Below the pieces are notes generated by a model. That model was given only the letters and a program-made list of their open reading frames with translations. It was not told the DNA's origin and did not search any database. The position numbers were made by a program, and so were the translations under genes. Positions 1 to 10,827 of a stretch of DNA of 37,888 nt are shown piece after piece (within the stretch, counting starts at the first letter, position 1; each line of letters begins with the position of its first letter). The stretch lies in sequence record DRR378314_1703. One strand, written 5' to 3'.

Positions 1-1
1 G

Positions 2-352
2 GCGATGCTGCTGTATTGGGGCCCGGACTTTATGGACCCGCATTCCAACGCAAAAGCCTTTGCCTATAACAGCAACAACAGTGATGACAGCTATGCAGCC
101 ACGACAACATGGCGCAACGCATGGGCCGTGCCTGATGAGCTCAACAAAAAGACAATGGCAGCAATGAGCGAAGCAGATCCGGAAAAACGTCTGGATATGT
201 ATCGTGAACTCCAGCAGGCGGTTCAGGAAAAATCGCCGATTGTCATCATGTTCCAGGCGGCAAGCCAGATTGCCATGGGTCAGAACGTCAGTGGCTATGT
301 AAATGGCGCGGCCTCTGATTTTGTCTACTACCGTCTGGTCGACAAAGACTAG
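2..352 (+). CDS. ABC transporter substrate-binding protein, dipeptide/oligopeptide family 5 (C-terminal part, truncated by window edge)
   Basis: Open frame from window start. WGPDFMDP motif and DPEKRLDMYRELQ...SPIVIMFQ C-terminus are typical of DppA/OppA-like proteins. Confidence 0.8.
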   Translation, partial: AMLLYWGPDFMDPHSNAKAFAYNSNNSDDSYAATTTWRNAWAVPDELNKKTMAAMSEADPEKRLDMYRELQQAVQEKSPIVIMFQAASQIAMGQNVSGYVNGAASDFVYYRLVDKD

Positions 353-372
353 GTTTCCACACCCCACTCTCC

Positions 373-403
373 GGCCGGCAGCGCAGGCTGCCGGCCCTTT
401 TTT
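373..403 (+). terminator. Intrinsic (rho-independent) terminator
   Basis: Perfect 10-bp stem GGCCGGCAGC-GCAG-GCTGCCGGCC followed by C and a T6 run, 20 nt after the stop codon. Confidence 0.8.
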
Positions 404-414
404 GGTTATGATAC

Positions 415-1512
415 ATGCAAGATACCTACCAGAAGCGACTTGACGCGCTGCGTCAGAAGATGGCGCAGTCCTGTACTGATTTGGTCGTACTTGGCCCCTC
501 AAGCCATATGAACTGGATTTCCGGTGTAAACCCGCATGGCGATGAACGCCCGGTGATGTTGCTGATCTCGTCAGATTATGCCGGTTTTCTGATGCCATCG
601 TTGAACGCGGACAGTGTACGCCAACACACCGATTTGCCTTTCCACATCTGGCATGATGCACACGGCCCCACTGAGGCGCTGCGCGATCTGCTGGCGGCAA
701 GCGGCACCCCGAAGGGCGCAAGTCGCATCGTTCTGGATGAAACCATGCGCACGGATTTCACGTTTCTGATAAAGGACGCACTGCCAGAGGCACAGCTCCG
801 CTTCACCGCTGATACGGTTGGTGACCTGCGCAAATCAAAAGACGCAACAGAATATGACGCCCTGAAGGCCAGCAATATCATCAACGATCTGGCGTTGACC
901 GCTGCTTTCGACGGCCTCAAGGAAGGCATGAGCGAACGCGACGTCGCCGCCATCATCGAGGCGGTTTATACCTCCTACGGGGCACAGGTTGAATTCATCG
1001 CGGTCGCCTTTGGTGCAAACGGTGCCTTTGCCCATCACCACACCGGCGATACTCTTCTGACGCAGGACACTGCTGTGCAAATCGATACCGGATGCCGATA
1101 TCAAGGCTATCCTTCTGACAACACACGATGTGGTTGGTTCGGCACACCCACGGCAGAATACAAACAGGTCTTCGATATTGTCGAACGTGCGGTTCAGGCT
1201 GGCCTTGCTGCGGCTCATGTCGGCGCAATTGCCGGTGAGGTCGATAAGGCGGCACGTCAGGTTATCGAGGACGCCGGATATGGACCGCATTTTCTGTCAC
1301 GTACCGGGCATGGTCTGGGTCTGGACCTACACGAACCGCCCTATATCACCTCCAACTCCGACGTGGCGTTGGAAATGGGCAATGTCTTCTCCATCGAACC
1401 GGGGATCTATCTGGCAGATCGCTTTGGTATTCGACTGGAAGAAATTGTGTTTCTGCGCGCTGAGGGATGTGAAATTCTGTCCGACATGCCACGCGAGATG
1501 CTGGTGCGTTAA
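415..1512 (+). CDS. M24 family Xaa-Pro peptidase (creatinase-like N-domain plus pita-bread domain)
   Basis: Metal-ligand motifs IDTG, SDNTR, TGHGLGLDLHE, SIEPG and GIRLEE. Confidence 0.9.
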   Translation: MQDTYQKRLDALRQKMAQSCTDLVVLGPSSHMNWISGVNPHGDERPVMLLISSDYAGFLMPSLNADSVRQHTDLPFHIWHDAHGPTEALRDLLAASGTPKGASRIVLDETMRTDFTFLIKDALPEAQLRFTADTVGDLRKSKDATEYDALKASNIINDLALTAAFDGLKEGMSERDVAAIIEAVYTSYGAQVEFIAVAFGANGAFAHHHTGDTLLTQDTAVQIDTGCRYQGYPSDNTRCGWFGTPTAEYKQVFDIVERAVQAGLAAAHVGAIAGEVDKAARQVIEDAGYGPHFLSRTGHGLGLDLHEPPYITSNSDVALEMGNVFSIEPGIYLADRFGIRLEEIVFLRAEGCEILSDMPREMLVR

Positions 1513-1660
1513 CCCCTAACCAGATCGTCGGGTTTGGGCGGATGCGCGGTAAATGCCAATGTAAACGGCGGTTCCGGCATCTGTCTATTTCCCTAGTCAG
1601 CAAAGGGAATCGGGGCAGGAACCGGAGCTGGAGATTTCCCCCTGGGCAAAATTCTGATTG

Positions 1661-1689
1661 TTGACGCATAATCGGCCTCTCGCTATGGT
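1661..1689 (+). promoter_or_regulatory. Putative sigma70 promoter of the XRE regulator
   Basis: TTGACG-N17-TATGGT. Confidence 0.5.
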
Positions 1690-1751
1690 TTAGCGTGAAA
1701 CGGCCAAGAGCGGCCGTGGGGAAACATTTGCCTACAAAAACCGAAGGGATG

Positions 1752-2378
1752 ATGCCGAAAGTGCCCACCAACACGCTTGGCGTCCGTATGCGTACGCAAC
1801 GGCATCGGCTGGCGATGACTTTGCAGCAGCTTTCAGCCGCCTCCGGCATTTCTGTTGGTTATCTCAGTCAAGTGGAACGCGGCAAGGCAACCCCGACACT
1901 CGGCGCGCTGGAGCAGATCGCTCAAGCGTTGAACGTTGAAACAGACTATTTCGTGCGCACGCCCCGTGCTGTTGACAGCCTGACGCGCGGCGCGGCACGG
2001 CCAAAATTCGCGGTTGCCGGATCTTCCCTTGAATATGAGCAAATCGGCGCAGAGCGGGCAGGCCATGAACTGACCTCCTACGTCATCAACGTCCCTCCCG
2101 GCTACGCTTCCGAGGTGGTCACCCATGTCGGTGAAGAAATAATCTATATCCTTGAAGGTGAAATTTCCCAGATGGTCGGCGAACGGGAGTACCTGATGGG
2201 TGTGGGTGACAGCCTGCACTTTCTGGGAACAACGCCACATTGCTGGTCCAACAAAACGGACAGGCTTGCCCGGTTATTTTGGGTGGGCCGAATGCAATAT
2301 GATAAGTCCGATCAACTCGGGCAGGCAAAGATTGAAGATCCCTCCGTCACCCGAGAGATGCTGCCGCTGCGGCGCTAG
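1752..2378 (+). CDS. XRE-family HTH transcriptional regulator with C-terminal cupin domain
   Basis: HTH MTLQQLSAASGISVGYLSQVERG and cupin HVGEEIIYILEG...GDSLHF...PH. Start moved to ATG 1752 (or 1749) after GAAGGG; the ORF track starts at GTG 1695. Confidence 0.88.
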   Translation: MPKVPTNTLGVRMRTQRHRLAMTLQQLSAASGISVGYLSQVERGKATPTLGALEQIAQALNVETDYFVRTPRAVDSLTRGAARPKFAVAGSSLEYEQIGAERAGHELTSYVINVPPGYASEVVTHVGEEIIYILEGEISQMVGEREYLMGVGDSLHFLGTTPHCWSNKTDRLARLFWVGRMQYDKSDQLGQAKIEDPSVTREMLPLRR

Positions 2379-2582
2379 GTTCAGGCGGAAATCGATCTTT
2401 CCACACCACGGTTCAGCATGGCTTTCCCAAGCACTCGCATCATTGGCAACACGCACCCCAAAGTCCTGTTTGGAAGCTGCCCCGCGCCAAGCGCGACAAT
2501 ATAGCAGTGGCACGTGCATGGGTTTTGACCTATCCAGCGCCATATCGTCTGCAGCACCATATACCGACAGGGACGCACGGCC

Positions 2583-3464
2583 ATGACCCAGAATTTCGAA
2601 GATCAAAAAGCGCAGGCATCCAGCTGGTTTCGCCAGCTACGTGATGAAATCGTAAGCGCATTTCACGATCTGGAAGATCGCCACACGACAGACTCCCCCG
2701 CTGGTCGCGTTGAGGTTCGCAAGACCACGCGCAGCGCCGATGACGGCACTGACGCAGGCGGCGGTGAAATGAGCGTGATGCGTGGCGGTCGCGTGTTTGA
2801 GAAGGTGGGCGTGAATATCTCTACCGTCTACGGAACCCTGGGCGAGCGCGCACAGTCCGCCATGGCCGCGCGCAAAGGCATCCCCGGAATGAAAGATGAT
2901 CCACGGTTCTGGGCCTCTGGCATTTCATTGGTCGCCCATATGCAAAACCCCCATTGCCCGGCTGTACATATGAACACGCGGATGTTCTGGACACCGCATT
3001 GCTGGTGGTTTGGCGGCGGGGCGGATCTGAACCCCTGTATCGAATATGATGAAGACACAGCACATTTCCATGCCGAGATGCAAAGTGCCTGTAGCCCGCA
3101 TGGAGAGACCCTCTATGACGAGCTGAAAAAATGGGCTGACGAGTATTTCTACATCCCGCACCGGCAAAGGGCGCGCGGCGTTGGTGGCATTTTTTACGAC
3201 GACCGCAATTCCGGCGATTGGGAGGCTGATTTCAAATTGACCCAAGACGTTGGCAAAGCGTTCTTGCCGGCTTTCCTGCCGTTGATCGACAAGCGGCGCA
3301 GCACGCCGTGGGACGAGGCCGACAAGGACACGCAACTGCGCCATCGCGGGCTTTATGCCGAGTATAACCTTGTTTATGATCGCGGCACAAAGTTTGGGCT
3401 GGAAACCGGGCATGATCCCGATGCCGTTCTGATGAGCCTGCCACCAATGGCGAAATGGTATTGA
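2583..3464 (+). CDS. hemF: Oxygen-dependent coproporphyrinogen III oxidase
   Basis: Motifs FEKVGVN, HMQNP..P.VHMNTR, WWFGGGADL, RGVGGIFYD and RGLYAEYNLVYDRGTKFGL. Confidence 0.97.
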   Translation: MTQNFEDQKAQASSWFRQLRDEIVSAFHDLEDRHTTDSPAGRVEVRKTTRSADDGTDAGGGEMSVMRGGRVFEKVGVNISTVYGTLGERAQSAMAARKGIPGMKDDPRFWASGISLVAHMQNPHCPAVHMNTRMFWTPHCWWFGGGADLNPCIEYDEDTAHFHAEMQSACSPHGETLYDELKKWADEYFYIPHRQRARGVGGIFYDDRNSGDWEADFKLTQDVGKAFLPAFLPLIDKRRSTPWDEADKDTQLRHRGLYAEYNLVYDRGTKFGLETGHDPDAVLMSLPPMAKWY

Positions 3465-3663
3465 GGCCCCGAGGGTAAACCCTGCCCCACTGAAACAGGC
3501 CCGGAATGCGGCCTCTGTCCAAGAGTTACTTCCCGACTATATGAAGTGGCTCTAGGGATGATCCCGCCTTGCCGCGGCGCAGATGGGTTTCCATCGTCGC
3601 CCCCCAAAAATTTGACAGGCATTTCCCGGCGATAAACAATTGCCCTTAGGCACCCAAGGACAC

Positions 3664-3698
3664 TTGACTATCGTTAACATATCTATAATTCGTGAACT
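3664..3698 (+). promoter_or_regulatory. Putative promoter/ArsR operator region of the ars operon (arsR probably leaderless)
   Basis: TTGACT at 3664 and AT-rich TATAATTC at 3684-3691 directly before ATG 3699, with no SD. Spacing to TATAAT is non-canonical (14 nt), so element positions are uncertain. Confidence 0.35.
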
Positions 3699-4031
3699 AT
3701 GGATAAGATTAATGCTCTCGACGCTTTCGCCGCCCTTAGCCAGCCTACCCGGCTTGATGTGTTCCGCCTACTTATCAAGGCGGGCGAACAGGGGATGTCG
3801 GCAGGCGATATCAGCGGCACCCTCGGTGTTCGGCAAAACACCATGTCAGCAAACCTTGGAATTCTCAATCGCGCCGGCCTGATCCGCAGCGATCGCGAGG
3901 GCCGCAGCATTCGGTACTTTGCCGATATGGCCGGATTGCACGGGCTGCTCGCTTTCCTGATGGAGGATTGTTGCGGCGGACGCCCCGAGCTTTGCCAACC
4001 CATTATCAAAGAACTCGCCTGTGCCTGTTAA
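3699..4031 (+). CDS. arsR: ArsR/SmtB family As(III)-responsive repressor (C-terminal CC-x6-C type)
   Basis: Winged HTH (ALSQPTRLDVFRLL...REGRSIRY) and C-terminal EDCCGGRPELC. First gene of an acr3-arsC operon. Confidence 0.9.
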   Translation: MDKINALDAFAALSQPTRLDVFRLLIKAGEQGMSAGDISGTLGVRQNTMSANLGILNRAGLIRSDREGRSIRYFADMAGLHGLLAFLMEDCCGGRPELCQPIIKELACAC

Positions 4032-4118
4032 CCGAAGTTGTTCCGGGCAGCTTACCCTGCCCGTGAACAAGGTCGCGAACGACCGGGCGATATAACCCAC
4101 CAAAGCAGAAAGTTTGAC

Positions 4119-5186
4119 ATGTCCGATACATCGTTCCCCGCTTCAGCGGGTCTGGGAACCTTTGAACGCTGGTTGTCTGTCTGGGTCGCCCTTGCCATTG
4201 GTGTCGGTCTATTGCTTGGGAATCTGCTCCCCGGTCTCTTTTCTTTTCTGGCGGGGTTGCAGATCGCCTCGGTCAACCTGCCTGTCGCAGTCCTGATCTG
4301 GGCGATGGTATATCCGATGATGGTTGGGGTGGACTTCGGTTCGCTGCGACAGGTCGGGGATAAACCAAAAGGTCTGATTGTTACTCTTGTGGTGAACTGG
4401 CTGATCAAACCCTTCACCATGGCGGCACTCGGCGTTCTGTTTTTCGAATATATCTTCGCAGGGCTGATCCCACCGGACGACGCTCAGGCCTATCTCGCAG
4501 GGGTGATCCTGCTTGGGGCCGCGCCTTGCACTGCAATGGTGTTCGTCTGGTCAAACTTGACGCGAGGGGATGCGAATTACACGTTGGTTCAGGTCAGCGT
4601 GAATGACGTGATAATGGTGTTCGCTTTTGCACCTATCGTCGCCTTCCTGTTGGGGGTCACCGATATTGTGGTGCCCTGGGATACGCTGCTGCTGTCCGTC
4701 GGGCTCTACGTCCTACTGCCGCTGCTGGCAGGGTATCTGACGCGCAGCAATCTGGTAGCAAAGGGCGGCGAGGCGGCGGTCGATGCGTTTAAGGCAAAGG
4801 TGCAGCCGTTTTCGATCATCGGGCTGCTAGTTACAGTGGTACTGCTGTTCGGGTTTCAGGGTGAGGTGATACTTGAGCGCCCGCTGGTAATTGCCCTTAT
4901 CGCTGTGCCCCTGCTGATCCAGTCTTATGGCATCTTTTTCATAGCATATGGCGCGGCAAGAGCCTGGGCCATTCCGTTCAACGTGGCAGCGCCCTGTGCC
5001 ATGATCGGTACGTCAAATTTCTTTGAACTGGCTGTTGCTGTCGCGATCAGCCTGTTTGGGCTTGGCTCTGGCGCTGCACTTGCCACTGTGGTCGGCGTCC
5101 TCGTGGAAGTGCCTGTGATGTTGTCACTTGTGGCTTTCGCCAACAGGACACAACACTGGTTTCCCTCCGAAGAGCATCCGTCATGA
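4119..5186 (+). CDS. arsB: ACR3-family arsenite efflux transporter
   Basis: [43 protein letters not shown] and VLVEVPVML are Acr3 signatures (acr3, often annotated arsB). Start set at ATG 4119. Confidence 0.95.
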   Translation: MSDTSFPASAGLGTFERWLSVWVALAIGVGLLLGNLLPGLFSFLAGLQIASVNLPVAVLIWAMVYPMMVGVDFGSLRQVGDKPKGLIVTLVVNWLIKPFTMAALGVLFFEYIFAGLIPPDDAQAYLAGVILLGAAPCTAMVFVWSNLTRGDANYTLVQVSVNDVIMVFAFAPIVAFLLGVTDIVVPWDTLLLSVGLYVLLPLLAGYLTRSNLVAKGGEAAVDAFKAKVQPFSIIGLLVTVVLLFGFQGEVILERPLVIALIAVPLLIQSYGIFFIAYGAARAWAIPFNVAAPCAMIGTSNFFELAVAVAISLFGLGSGAALATVVGVLVEVPVMLSLVAFANRTQHWFPSEEHPS

Positions 5187-5605
5187 GCATCGTCATCCAC
5201 CACAACCCCGACTGCGGCACATCGCGCAACGTCCTGGCCATTATCGCGGCGTCTGGTGAAACACCTACGGTCATCCCCTACCTCGAAACGGGCTGGACCC
5301 AAGCACAGCTATTGGCGTTGTTTGCCGCTGCGGATCTAACGCCGCGCCAAGCGCTGCGCACAACTAAATCCCCGGCTGAAGAACTGGGGCTGCTTAATCC
5401 TGATGTGGATAACGAGGCACTCCTCGCCGCGATGCTAATTTATCCCATTCTGGTCAACCGTCCCATCGTTTGCTCACCCAAGGGGGTCAAACTATGCCGA
5501 CCAAGTGAAACCGTTCTGGACCTGCTCGACCGCTTGCCACCCGGTCCGTTGTCAAAGGAAGACGGCACGCCGTTGATCGATGCAAAGGGGCATCGCCTTG
5601 CCTGA
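5183..5605 (+). CDS. arsC: Arsenate reductase, glutaredoxin-dependent
   Basis: HNPDCGTSR active site, NRPIV and LCRPSE. ATGA overlap with acr3. Confidence 0.93.
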   Translation: MSIVIHHNPDCGTSRNVLAIIAASGETPTVIPYLETGWTQAQLLALFAAADLTPRQALRTTKSPAEELGLLNPDVDNEALLAAMLIYPILVNRPIVCSPKGVKLCRPSETVLDLLDRLPPGPLSKEDGTPLIDAKGHRLA

Positions 5606-5713
5606 TGCTTTAAATATTGTGAATGAACATAATGCGTCATCTGCAAGGGCAACGCGCCACACCCGACGTGTTCTGTTTGTGCGGTCTGAGATGAAATAAA
5701 CAGCGGCCTAGGG

Positions 5714-6334
5714 CTACTCGGCCTCAAAACCCCCGATCATAGCAAGTAAGCTAACAACGTCATCGACGCCAGTTCGGTTGCGCAAGGACGTAAACACAAA
5801 AGGCCGCTCTCGCCGCATTCTTTTGGCATCACGATCCATTACATCAAGAGAAGCCCCAACATAGGGCGCAAGATCGGTCTTGTTGATGATCAAGATGTCC
5901 GATTTGGTAATCGCGGGCCCACCCTTGCGCGGAATTTCCTCACCCGCCGCTACGTCGATTACATACAGCGTGACGTCCGCAAGCTCAGGGCTAAAAGTCG
6001 CCGACAGATTGTCACCGCCGCTTTCGATCAGCACAATCTCCACATCGGGATGCCGAACGGTCATCTCGGCCACAGCCGCAAGATTGATCGACGCATCCTC
6101 GCGGATCGCGGTGTGTGGACAACCCCCGGTTTCAACACCGATAATCCGATCTTGCGGCAGCACCTGAAGCCGCATGAGGGCTTCGGCATCTTCCTGCGTG
6201 TAGATGTCATTGGTGATCACACCAACAGAATGTGTCTCGCGCAGGGCTTCACATAATGCAGCCGTCAGCGTGGTCTTACCCGCGCCCACCGGACCACCGA
6301 TGCCGACGCGAAGCGGGCCATTCATTTGGGTCAT
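5714..6334 (-). CDS. ureG: Urease accessory GTPase UreG
   Basis: GPVGAGKT P-loop, [20 protein letters not shown] and NKTD. Confidence 0.98.
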   Translation of the reverse strand: MTQMNGPLRVGIGGPVGAGKTTLTAALCEALRETHSVGVITNDIYTQEDAEALMRLQVLPQDRIIGVETGGCPHTAIREDASINLAAVAEMTVRHPDVEIVLIESGGDNLSATFSPELADVTLYVIDVAAGEEIPRKGGPAITKSDILIINKTDLAPYVGASLDVMDRDAKRMRRERPFVFTSLRNRTGVDDVVSLLAMIGGFEAE

Positions 6335-6978
6335 GTGCGGAAAATCCTTGAATATTGGGTTTCATGTTTCATCGAGGCGATATCGGAAGCCAAGGCGGTG
6401 GCGCTAAGGCTATCCAAGCCCGCTTCAACCGCGTGGCTGGCAATTTCGGCAGTCTGGGGCATCAGGGCGTGGATCAACCGCTGCCCCTCTGTCTGACCCA
6501 GCGGCACAAGACGCATCGCAACTGCGGCAAGGTTGGCCACAATACTGTGCAGATACATTTGTGCGGTCAGGCGCAACGGCAGGTTTTGCAGGTGTGCCGC
6601 ACGGCCAACTGCAACCGGATAAACCAAACCCCGCACCCGCGTTGACCAAATGGCCGAAGTTGCTGCGCAGAAAGCCGCCCCTTGCAGATCAGCTTCTCTC
6701 AGTCGCTCACGAGAAGCGGCAAAGGCGCGGCAAGTTGCATCGATATCGTCAACTTCCTTTGCATTCCTGGCACGATAAGCGGCACCTATAAACACACAAT
6801 CATTGCGGCCCGCACCATGAACCATTGTGGCTGAAATCCAGTCACGGGCGGTTTCCGCATCTCTTACCTTTTCGGTCTCAATCGCCCATTCCAACCCATG
6901 CGAATAAGCAAAAGAACCCACAGGAAAACCGGGAGAAAACCATTGGGTCAGTGTCAGAACTTCTTGATCAGTGGGCAT
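6331..6978 (-). CDS. ureF: Urease accessory protein UreF
   Basis: [17 protein letters not shown]-terminus, [10 protein letters not shown] and [12 protein letters not shown]-terminus. Start approximate (ATG 6978 or 6984). Confidence 0.95.
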   Translation of the reverse strand: MPTDQEVLTLTQWFSPGFPVGSFAYSHGLEWAIETEKVRDAETARDWISATMVHGAGRNDCVFIGAAYRARNAKEVDDIDATCRAFAASRERLREADLQGAAFCAATSAIWSTRVRGLVYPVAVGRAAHLQNLPLRLTAQMYLHSIVANLAAVAMRLVPLGQTEGQRLIHALMPQTAEIASHAVEAGLDSLSATALASDIASMKHETQYSRIFRT

Positions 6979-7420
6979 GACCATGGGTCCGTCCCTGGCC
7001 ATATGCGCCGCCTTCCGGGGTGAAAGGTTCCATCACCTCGCGGGTGGTCGCGCCGATTTTACCAAGCATGTCGCGGATCACATGATCGCGCTGGATCAAC
7101 AGGCGGTCAGGCTCGATCTGGCAAGGTGTATGGCGATTACCCACATGCCAGGCAATACGCACAAGATCATCGCCAGTGACTTCGAGCAGATCTTCAGGGG
7201 CCGCAACAACCCGAATTTCGCGGCCATCTTCCAGAACCAATACACCATCATGATCCAGCGATATGGTCTGGGTCAAATCAACAAGAAGGGCCTGCCCATC
7301 ATCAGTGACAAGCACTTTACGGCGCAGAAACCGGCCTTCATAATCTAGTGAAACCCGTGCGATTTCTGAACCATGGGAATGATCGCGGTAAACGCGCGCG
7401 GTGAGGCTGGGCAGGGTCAT
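6968..7420 (-). CDS. ureE: Urease accessory nickel chaperone UreE
   Basis: AWHVGNRHTP, DHVI, FTPEGGAYG and a short His tail. Confidence 0.95.
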   Translation of the reverse strand: MTLPSLTARVYRDHSHGSEIARVSLDYEGRFLRRKVLVTDDGQALLVDLTQTISLDHDGVLVLEDGREIRVVAAPEDLLEVTGDDLVRIAWHVGNRHTPCQIEPDRLLIQRDHVIRDMLGKIGATTREVMEPFTPEGGAYGQGRTHGHAH

Positions 7421-7446
7421 AAGGTTCTCTTCTCAGTCATTGGGTC

Positions 7447-9186
7447 TTAGAACATGAAGTAACGCTGGGCCATCGGCAGCACCTCGGCGGGTTCGCAGGT
7501 AAGCAGTTCACCATCTGCGCGCACCTCATAGGTTTCGGGGTTTACTTCGATTTCAGGCGTGGCCGCGTTCAGGATCAGGTCCGATTTGCCAATGTTACGG
7601 GTGTTGCTTACCGCGACGGTCTGCTTCGCCAACCCTAGCTTTTCGCCAATACCCGCATCCTGCGCAGCTGCGCTGACAAAGGTCACCGTGGCGTTTTCAA
7701 CAGATCGTCCAAAAGCACCGAACATGGGGCGCGAATAGACCGGCTGCGGTGTCGGAATGGACGCATTCGGATCGCCCATTTGCGCCATCACAATAGTGCC
7801 GGCCATCAACACCATCTCTGGCTTCACGCCAAAGAACGCCGGATCCCACAACACCAGATCCGCACGTTTTCCCTCAGCGATCGAACCTATCTCTTGGCTT
7901 ATGCCGTGGGCGATGGCGGGGTTAATGGTGTATTTCGCAATGTAGCGGCGCACGCGGAAATTATCGTTATCACCGGTTTCCTCAGTCAGTCGGCCGCGTT
8001 GTTTCTTCATTTTATCTGCGGTTTGCCATGTGCGGATCAGAACCTCACCAACCCGGCCCATGGCCTGACTGTCAGACGCAATAATTGAAAACGCGCCCAT
8101 GTCATGCAGGATATCCTCAGCAGCAATTGTCTCTCGGCGGATACGGCTTTCGGCGAATGCGACATCTTCTGGGATGGATTTATCCAGATGATGGCAGACC
8201 ATCAGCATGTCGAGATGTTCCTCAAGTGTATTTACCGTGAAGGGCCGCGTGGGATTGGTAGAAGACGGCAACACATGTTCTTCACCGCAGATCTTGATGA
8301 TGTCCGGCGCATGACCTCCCCCAGCTCCCTCGGTGTGGAAGGCATGTATGGTACGGCCTTTCATCGCGGCAACGGTATGTTCGACAAAACCAGATTCGTT
8401 CAATGTATCGGTGTGAATCATCACCTGCACATCCAGATCATCCGCAACAGACAGACAGCAATCAATCGCCGCAGGCGTTGTGCCCCAGTCCTCATGTAGC
8501 TTAAGCGCACAGGCACCGCCCAGTACTTGCTCTTCCAATGCCGCAGGCAAAGATGCGTTGCCCTTGCCGGCAAAGGCCAGGTTCACCGGCATCGCATCGG
8601 CCGCCTGCAACATGCGCCCCAAATGCCACGGCCCGGGCGTGCAGGTGGTGGCGAGCGTCCCGTGAGCCGGGCCAGTGCCACCGCCCAGCATGGTGGTCAG
8701 GCCGGAATGCAAGGCATCCTCAATCTGTTGCGGACAAATGAAGTGGATATGTGAATCAAACCCACCTGCGGTGAGAATGCGCCCTTCTCCCGCTATCACC
8801 TCGGTGCCCGGCCCGACAATGATGTCCACTCCCGGCTGTGTGTCAGGGTTACCTGCTTTGCCGATTTTAGCGATCCGCCCGTCCCGCAGCCCCACATCCG
8901 CCTTGTAAATGCCTGCATGATCCACAATCAACGCATTGGTAATGACAGTATCAACCGCACCCTCCGCACGCGTGACCTGACTTTGCCCCATGCCGTCGCG
9001 GATCACCTTGCCGCCACCGAATTTGACCTCTTCGCCGTAACGCAGGGCATTTCCGCCACTGGCGCGTTCTGCCGTCAGGTCGCGTTCCACCTCGATCATC
9101 AGATCGGTATCCGCAAGGCGCAACTTGTCGCCGGTGGTCGGGCCAAACATCGCTGCGTAGTCGGCACGGGATATGGGTGCTGGCAT
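7447..9186 (-). CDS. ureC: Urease subunit alpha
   Basis: [43 protein letters not shown] and SDSQAMGR. Confidence 0.99.
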   Translation of the reverse strand: MPAPISRADYAAMFGPTTGDKLRLADTDLMIEVERDLTAERASGGNALRYGEEVKFGGGKVIRDGMGQSQVTRAEGAVDTVITNALIVDHAGIYKADVGLRDGRIAKIGKAGNPDTQPGVDIIVGPGTEVIAGEGRILTAGGFDSHIHFICPQQIEDALHSGLTTMLGGGTGPAHGTLATTCTPGPWHLGRMLQAADAMPVNLAFAGKGNASLPAALEEQVLGGACALKLHEDWGTTPAAIDCCLSVADDLDVQVMIHTDTLNESGFVEHTVAAMKGRTIHAFHTEGAGGGHAPDIIKICGEEHVLPSSTNPTRPFTVNTLEEHLDMLMVCHHLDKSIPEDVAFAESRIRRETIAAEDILHDMGAFSIIASDSQAMGRVGEVLIRTWQTADKMKKQRGRLTEETGDNDNFRVRRYIAKYTINPAIAHGISQEIGSIAEGKRADLVLWDPAFFGVKPEMVLMAGTIVMAQMGDPNASIPTPQPVYSRPMFGAFGRSVENATVTFVSAAAQDAGIGEKLGLAKQTVAVSNTRNIGKSDLILNAATPEIEVNPETYEVRADGELLTCEPAEVLPMAQRYFMF

Positions 9187-9213
9187 TATTGTCTCCCTAA
9201 GGTCTGACTGGGC

Positions 9214-9522
9214 TCAGTCGAGCGCCCCCATGACTTTCTGATTAAATCCAAACACGCGACGCGCCCCGCTCAGCGGGATCAACGACACTTCGCGTCGCTG
9301 GCCCGGTTCAAAGCGCACAGCGGTTCCCGAAGCGATATCAAGACGCTTGCCGCGAGCGGCAGTGCGATCAAACTCAAGCGCTGGATTGGTTTCCGCGAAA
9401 TGGTAGTGACTGCCCACCTGCACAGGCCGGTCCCCGGTGTTGGCGACCATCAGCACAGTAACCTCTAGTCCCTCATTCAGGATCAAGTCGCCCTCGGCAG
9501 GGAAAACCTCACCGGGGATCAT
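9214..9522 (-). CDS. ureB: Urease subunit beta
   Basis: MIPGE...[15 protein letters not shown]...GTAVRFEPG. Confidence 0.98.
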   Translation of the reverse strand: MIPGEVFPAEGDLILNEGLEVTVLMVANTGDRPVQVGSHYHFAETNPALEFDRTAARGKRLDIASGTAVRFEPGQRREVSLIPLSGARRVFGFNQKVMGALD

Positions 9523-9698
9523 GTGCGGCGTGCCAGTGCAACTGTTGTAACGGCCGCAATAAACAGACCCGCAAACAACACAGGCAGCCAGGAAGGATCA
9601 TTCGCATGCGGATGAACATGCGTACCAACATGGGCCAAGGCAGGGCTGGCGGCAAAAGGGGTCAGGACAAACAGAGCGGTTTTCATGACAGGTTTCAT
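9519..9698 (-). CDS. 59-aa secreted/membrane-anchored His-rich miniprotein (not in ORF track)
   Basis: Hand translation: [66 protein letters not shown] 7 nt upstream, TGA overlaps the ureB ATG (ATGA), and it fills the ureA-ureB gap. Confidence 0.85.
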   Translation of the reverse strand: MKPVMKTALFVLTPFAASPALAHVGTHVHPHANDPSWLPVLFAGLFIAAVTTVALARRT

Positions 9699-9710
9699 AT
9701 TGGGGCTCCT

Positions 9711-10013
9711 TTAGCGGATCGGTTTGTGAACGGTGACTAGTTTTGTGCCATCGGGAAATGTGGCCTCGACCTGCACCTCATGGATCATTTCGGGGATGCC
9801 GTGCATGCATTGATCTGCGGTGATCACATGCGCACCAGCTTCCATCATTTCGGCCACAGTGCGCCCGTCACGCGCCCCTTCGACAACAGATTCTGTAATC
9901 AGCGCAATGGCTTCTGGATGGTTCAGCTTCACGCCACGCGCCAGTCTCTTGCGGGCGACCTCAGCAGCCATGGCCAGCAGCAGTTTATCTTTTTCTCGGG
10001 GGGTCAGGTTCAT
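9711..10013 (-). CDS. ureA: Urease subunit gamma
   Basis: [11 protein letters not shown]...LNHPEA...[16 protein letters not shown]. Confidence 0.98.
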   Translation of the reverse strand: MNLTPREKDKLLLAMAAEVARKRLARGVKLNHPEAIALITESVVEGARDGRTVAEMMEAGAHVITADQCMHGIPEMIHEVQVEATFPDGTKLVTVHKPIR

Positions 10014-10014
10014 C

Positions 10015-10827
10015 TTAAATCATCCAGCATCTGGGAAGGGTGTCGTTATTCAGACGGTGCAGCACAGGGATCAGGGTTTGACGCAATGCAAAGCTGTCCT
10101 GCGCAAGCAGTCGCAACACAAGCACATCATCCCCGATCAGGCTGGCACCAGCCGTTTCTGGCAACAGGGCCCTGATGGCGTCCAGATGTGCCTCTGCATC
10201 AGCTGCAACATAGACAAGAGAGGCCATCGCCCCTGCGCCATCACCGATGAAGGGCGCATTGAGATGTGCCGTCACATCGCCACTAAGATTCAGTGCATCG
10301 AGATAAAGCGGCTTTTGATCGCGATAAATCTCAATGCGATCGTTGAAAGAAACATCGCCAAGAACCTCGCCCATTGCCGCCCGACCAAAGATCAGCGGTT
10401 CGACCATCAGCAATGACGCACCATGCGCCATATCGATCCGCAACCGGCGTCGCAGGGCACTGCCTTCAAACAAGATGGTTTCCTGCGGCAACCAGTGGAT
10501 CCGTGCACCTGCCTCGATGTTCAATTGTGTGTCGATTGTGCCGGTCTCACCCGGTTGCGCGCGATAGGCACGTTCAAATGCCTGTGTGGTGCAGGTCAGG
10601 GTTGTTCCCGCTGCGGCATTTAGAGTGATCGAAAAGCAATCCCCCCCGGTCACACCACCAGCAGTGTTTAACAGGACTACATCCATGCCACCCGATGCCG
10701 CCCTGGGAAACAGGCATTTCGACGAACCTGCTTGGCCAAGCCGATTCAACACAGTGCACCCTAATGACAGTTTGGTACTTAGATGCACCCTGCCCCGCGC
10801 CCTTGGTTGCAGGCGTGTTGGCGACAT
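10015..10827 (-). CDS. ureD: Urease accessory protein UreD
   Basis: [30 protein letters not shown] and FGRAAMGE. Start may lie 9 codons upstream (ATT 10854). Confidence 0.95.
   Translation of the reverse strand: MSPTRLQPRARGRVHLSTKLSLGCTVLNRLGQAGSSKCLFPRAASGGMDVVLLNTAGGVTGGDCFSITLNAAAGTTLTCTTQAFERAYRAQPGETGTIDTQLNIEAGARIHWLPQETILFEGSALRRRLRIDMAHGASLLMVEPLIFGRAAMGEVLGDVSFNDRIEIYRDQKPLYLDALNLSGDVTAHLNAPFIGDGAGAMASLVYVAADAEAHLDAIRALLPETAGASLIGDDVLVLRLLAQDSFALRQTLIPVLHRLNNDTLPRCWMI

Noticed and set aside
2379-2582. Short ORFs or a gene remnant between the XRE regulator and hemF
   Set aside because: No SD, no motifs, and the ORFs overlap neighbouring genes.
3465-3663. Possible insertion boundary or IS scar before the ars operon
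   Set aside because: Only short hairpins; no terminal inverted repeats, direct repeats, tRNA or transposase remnant seen.
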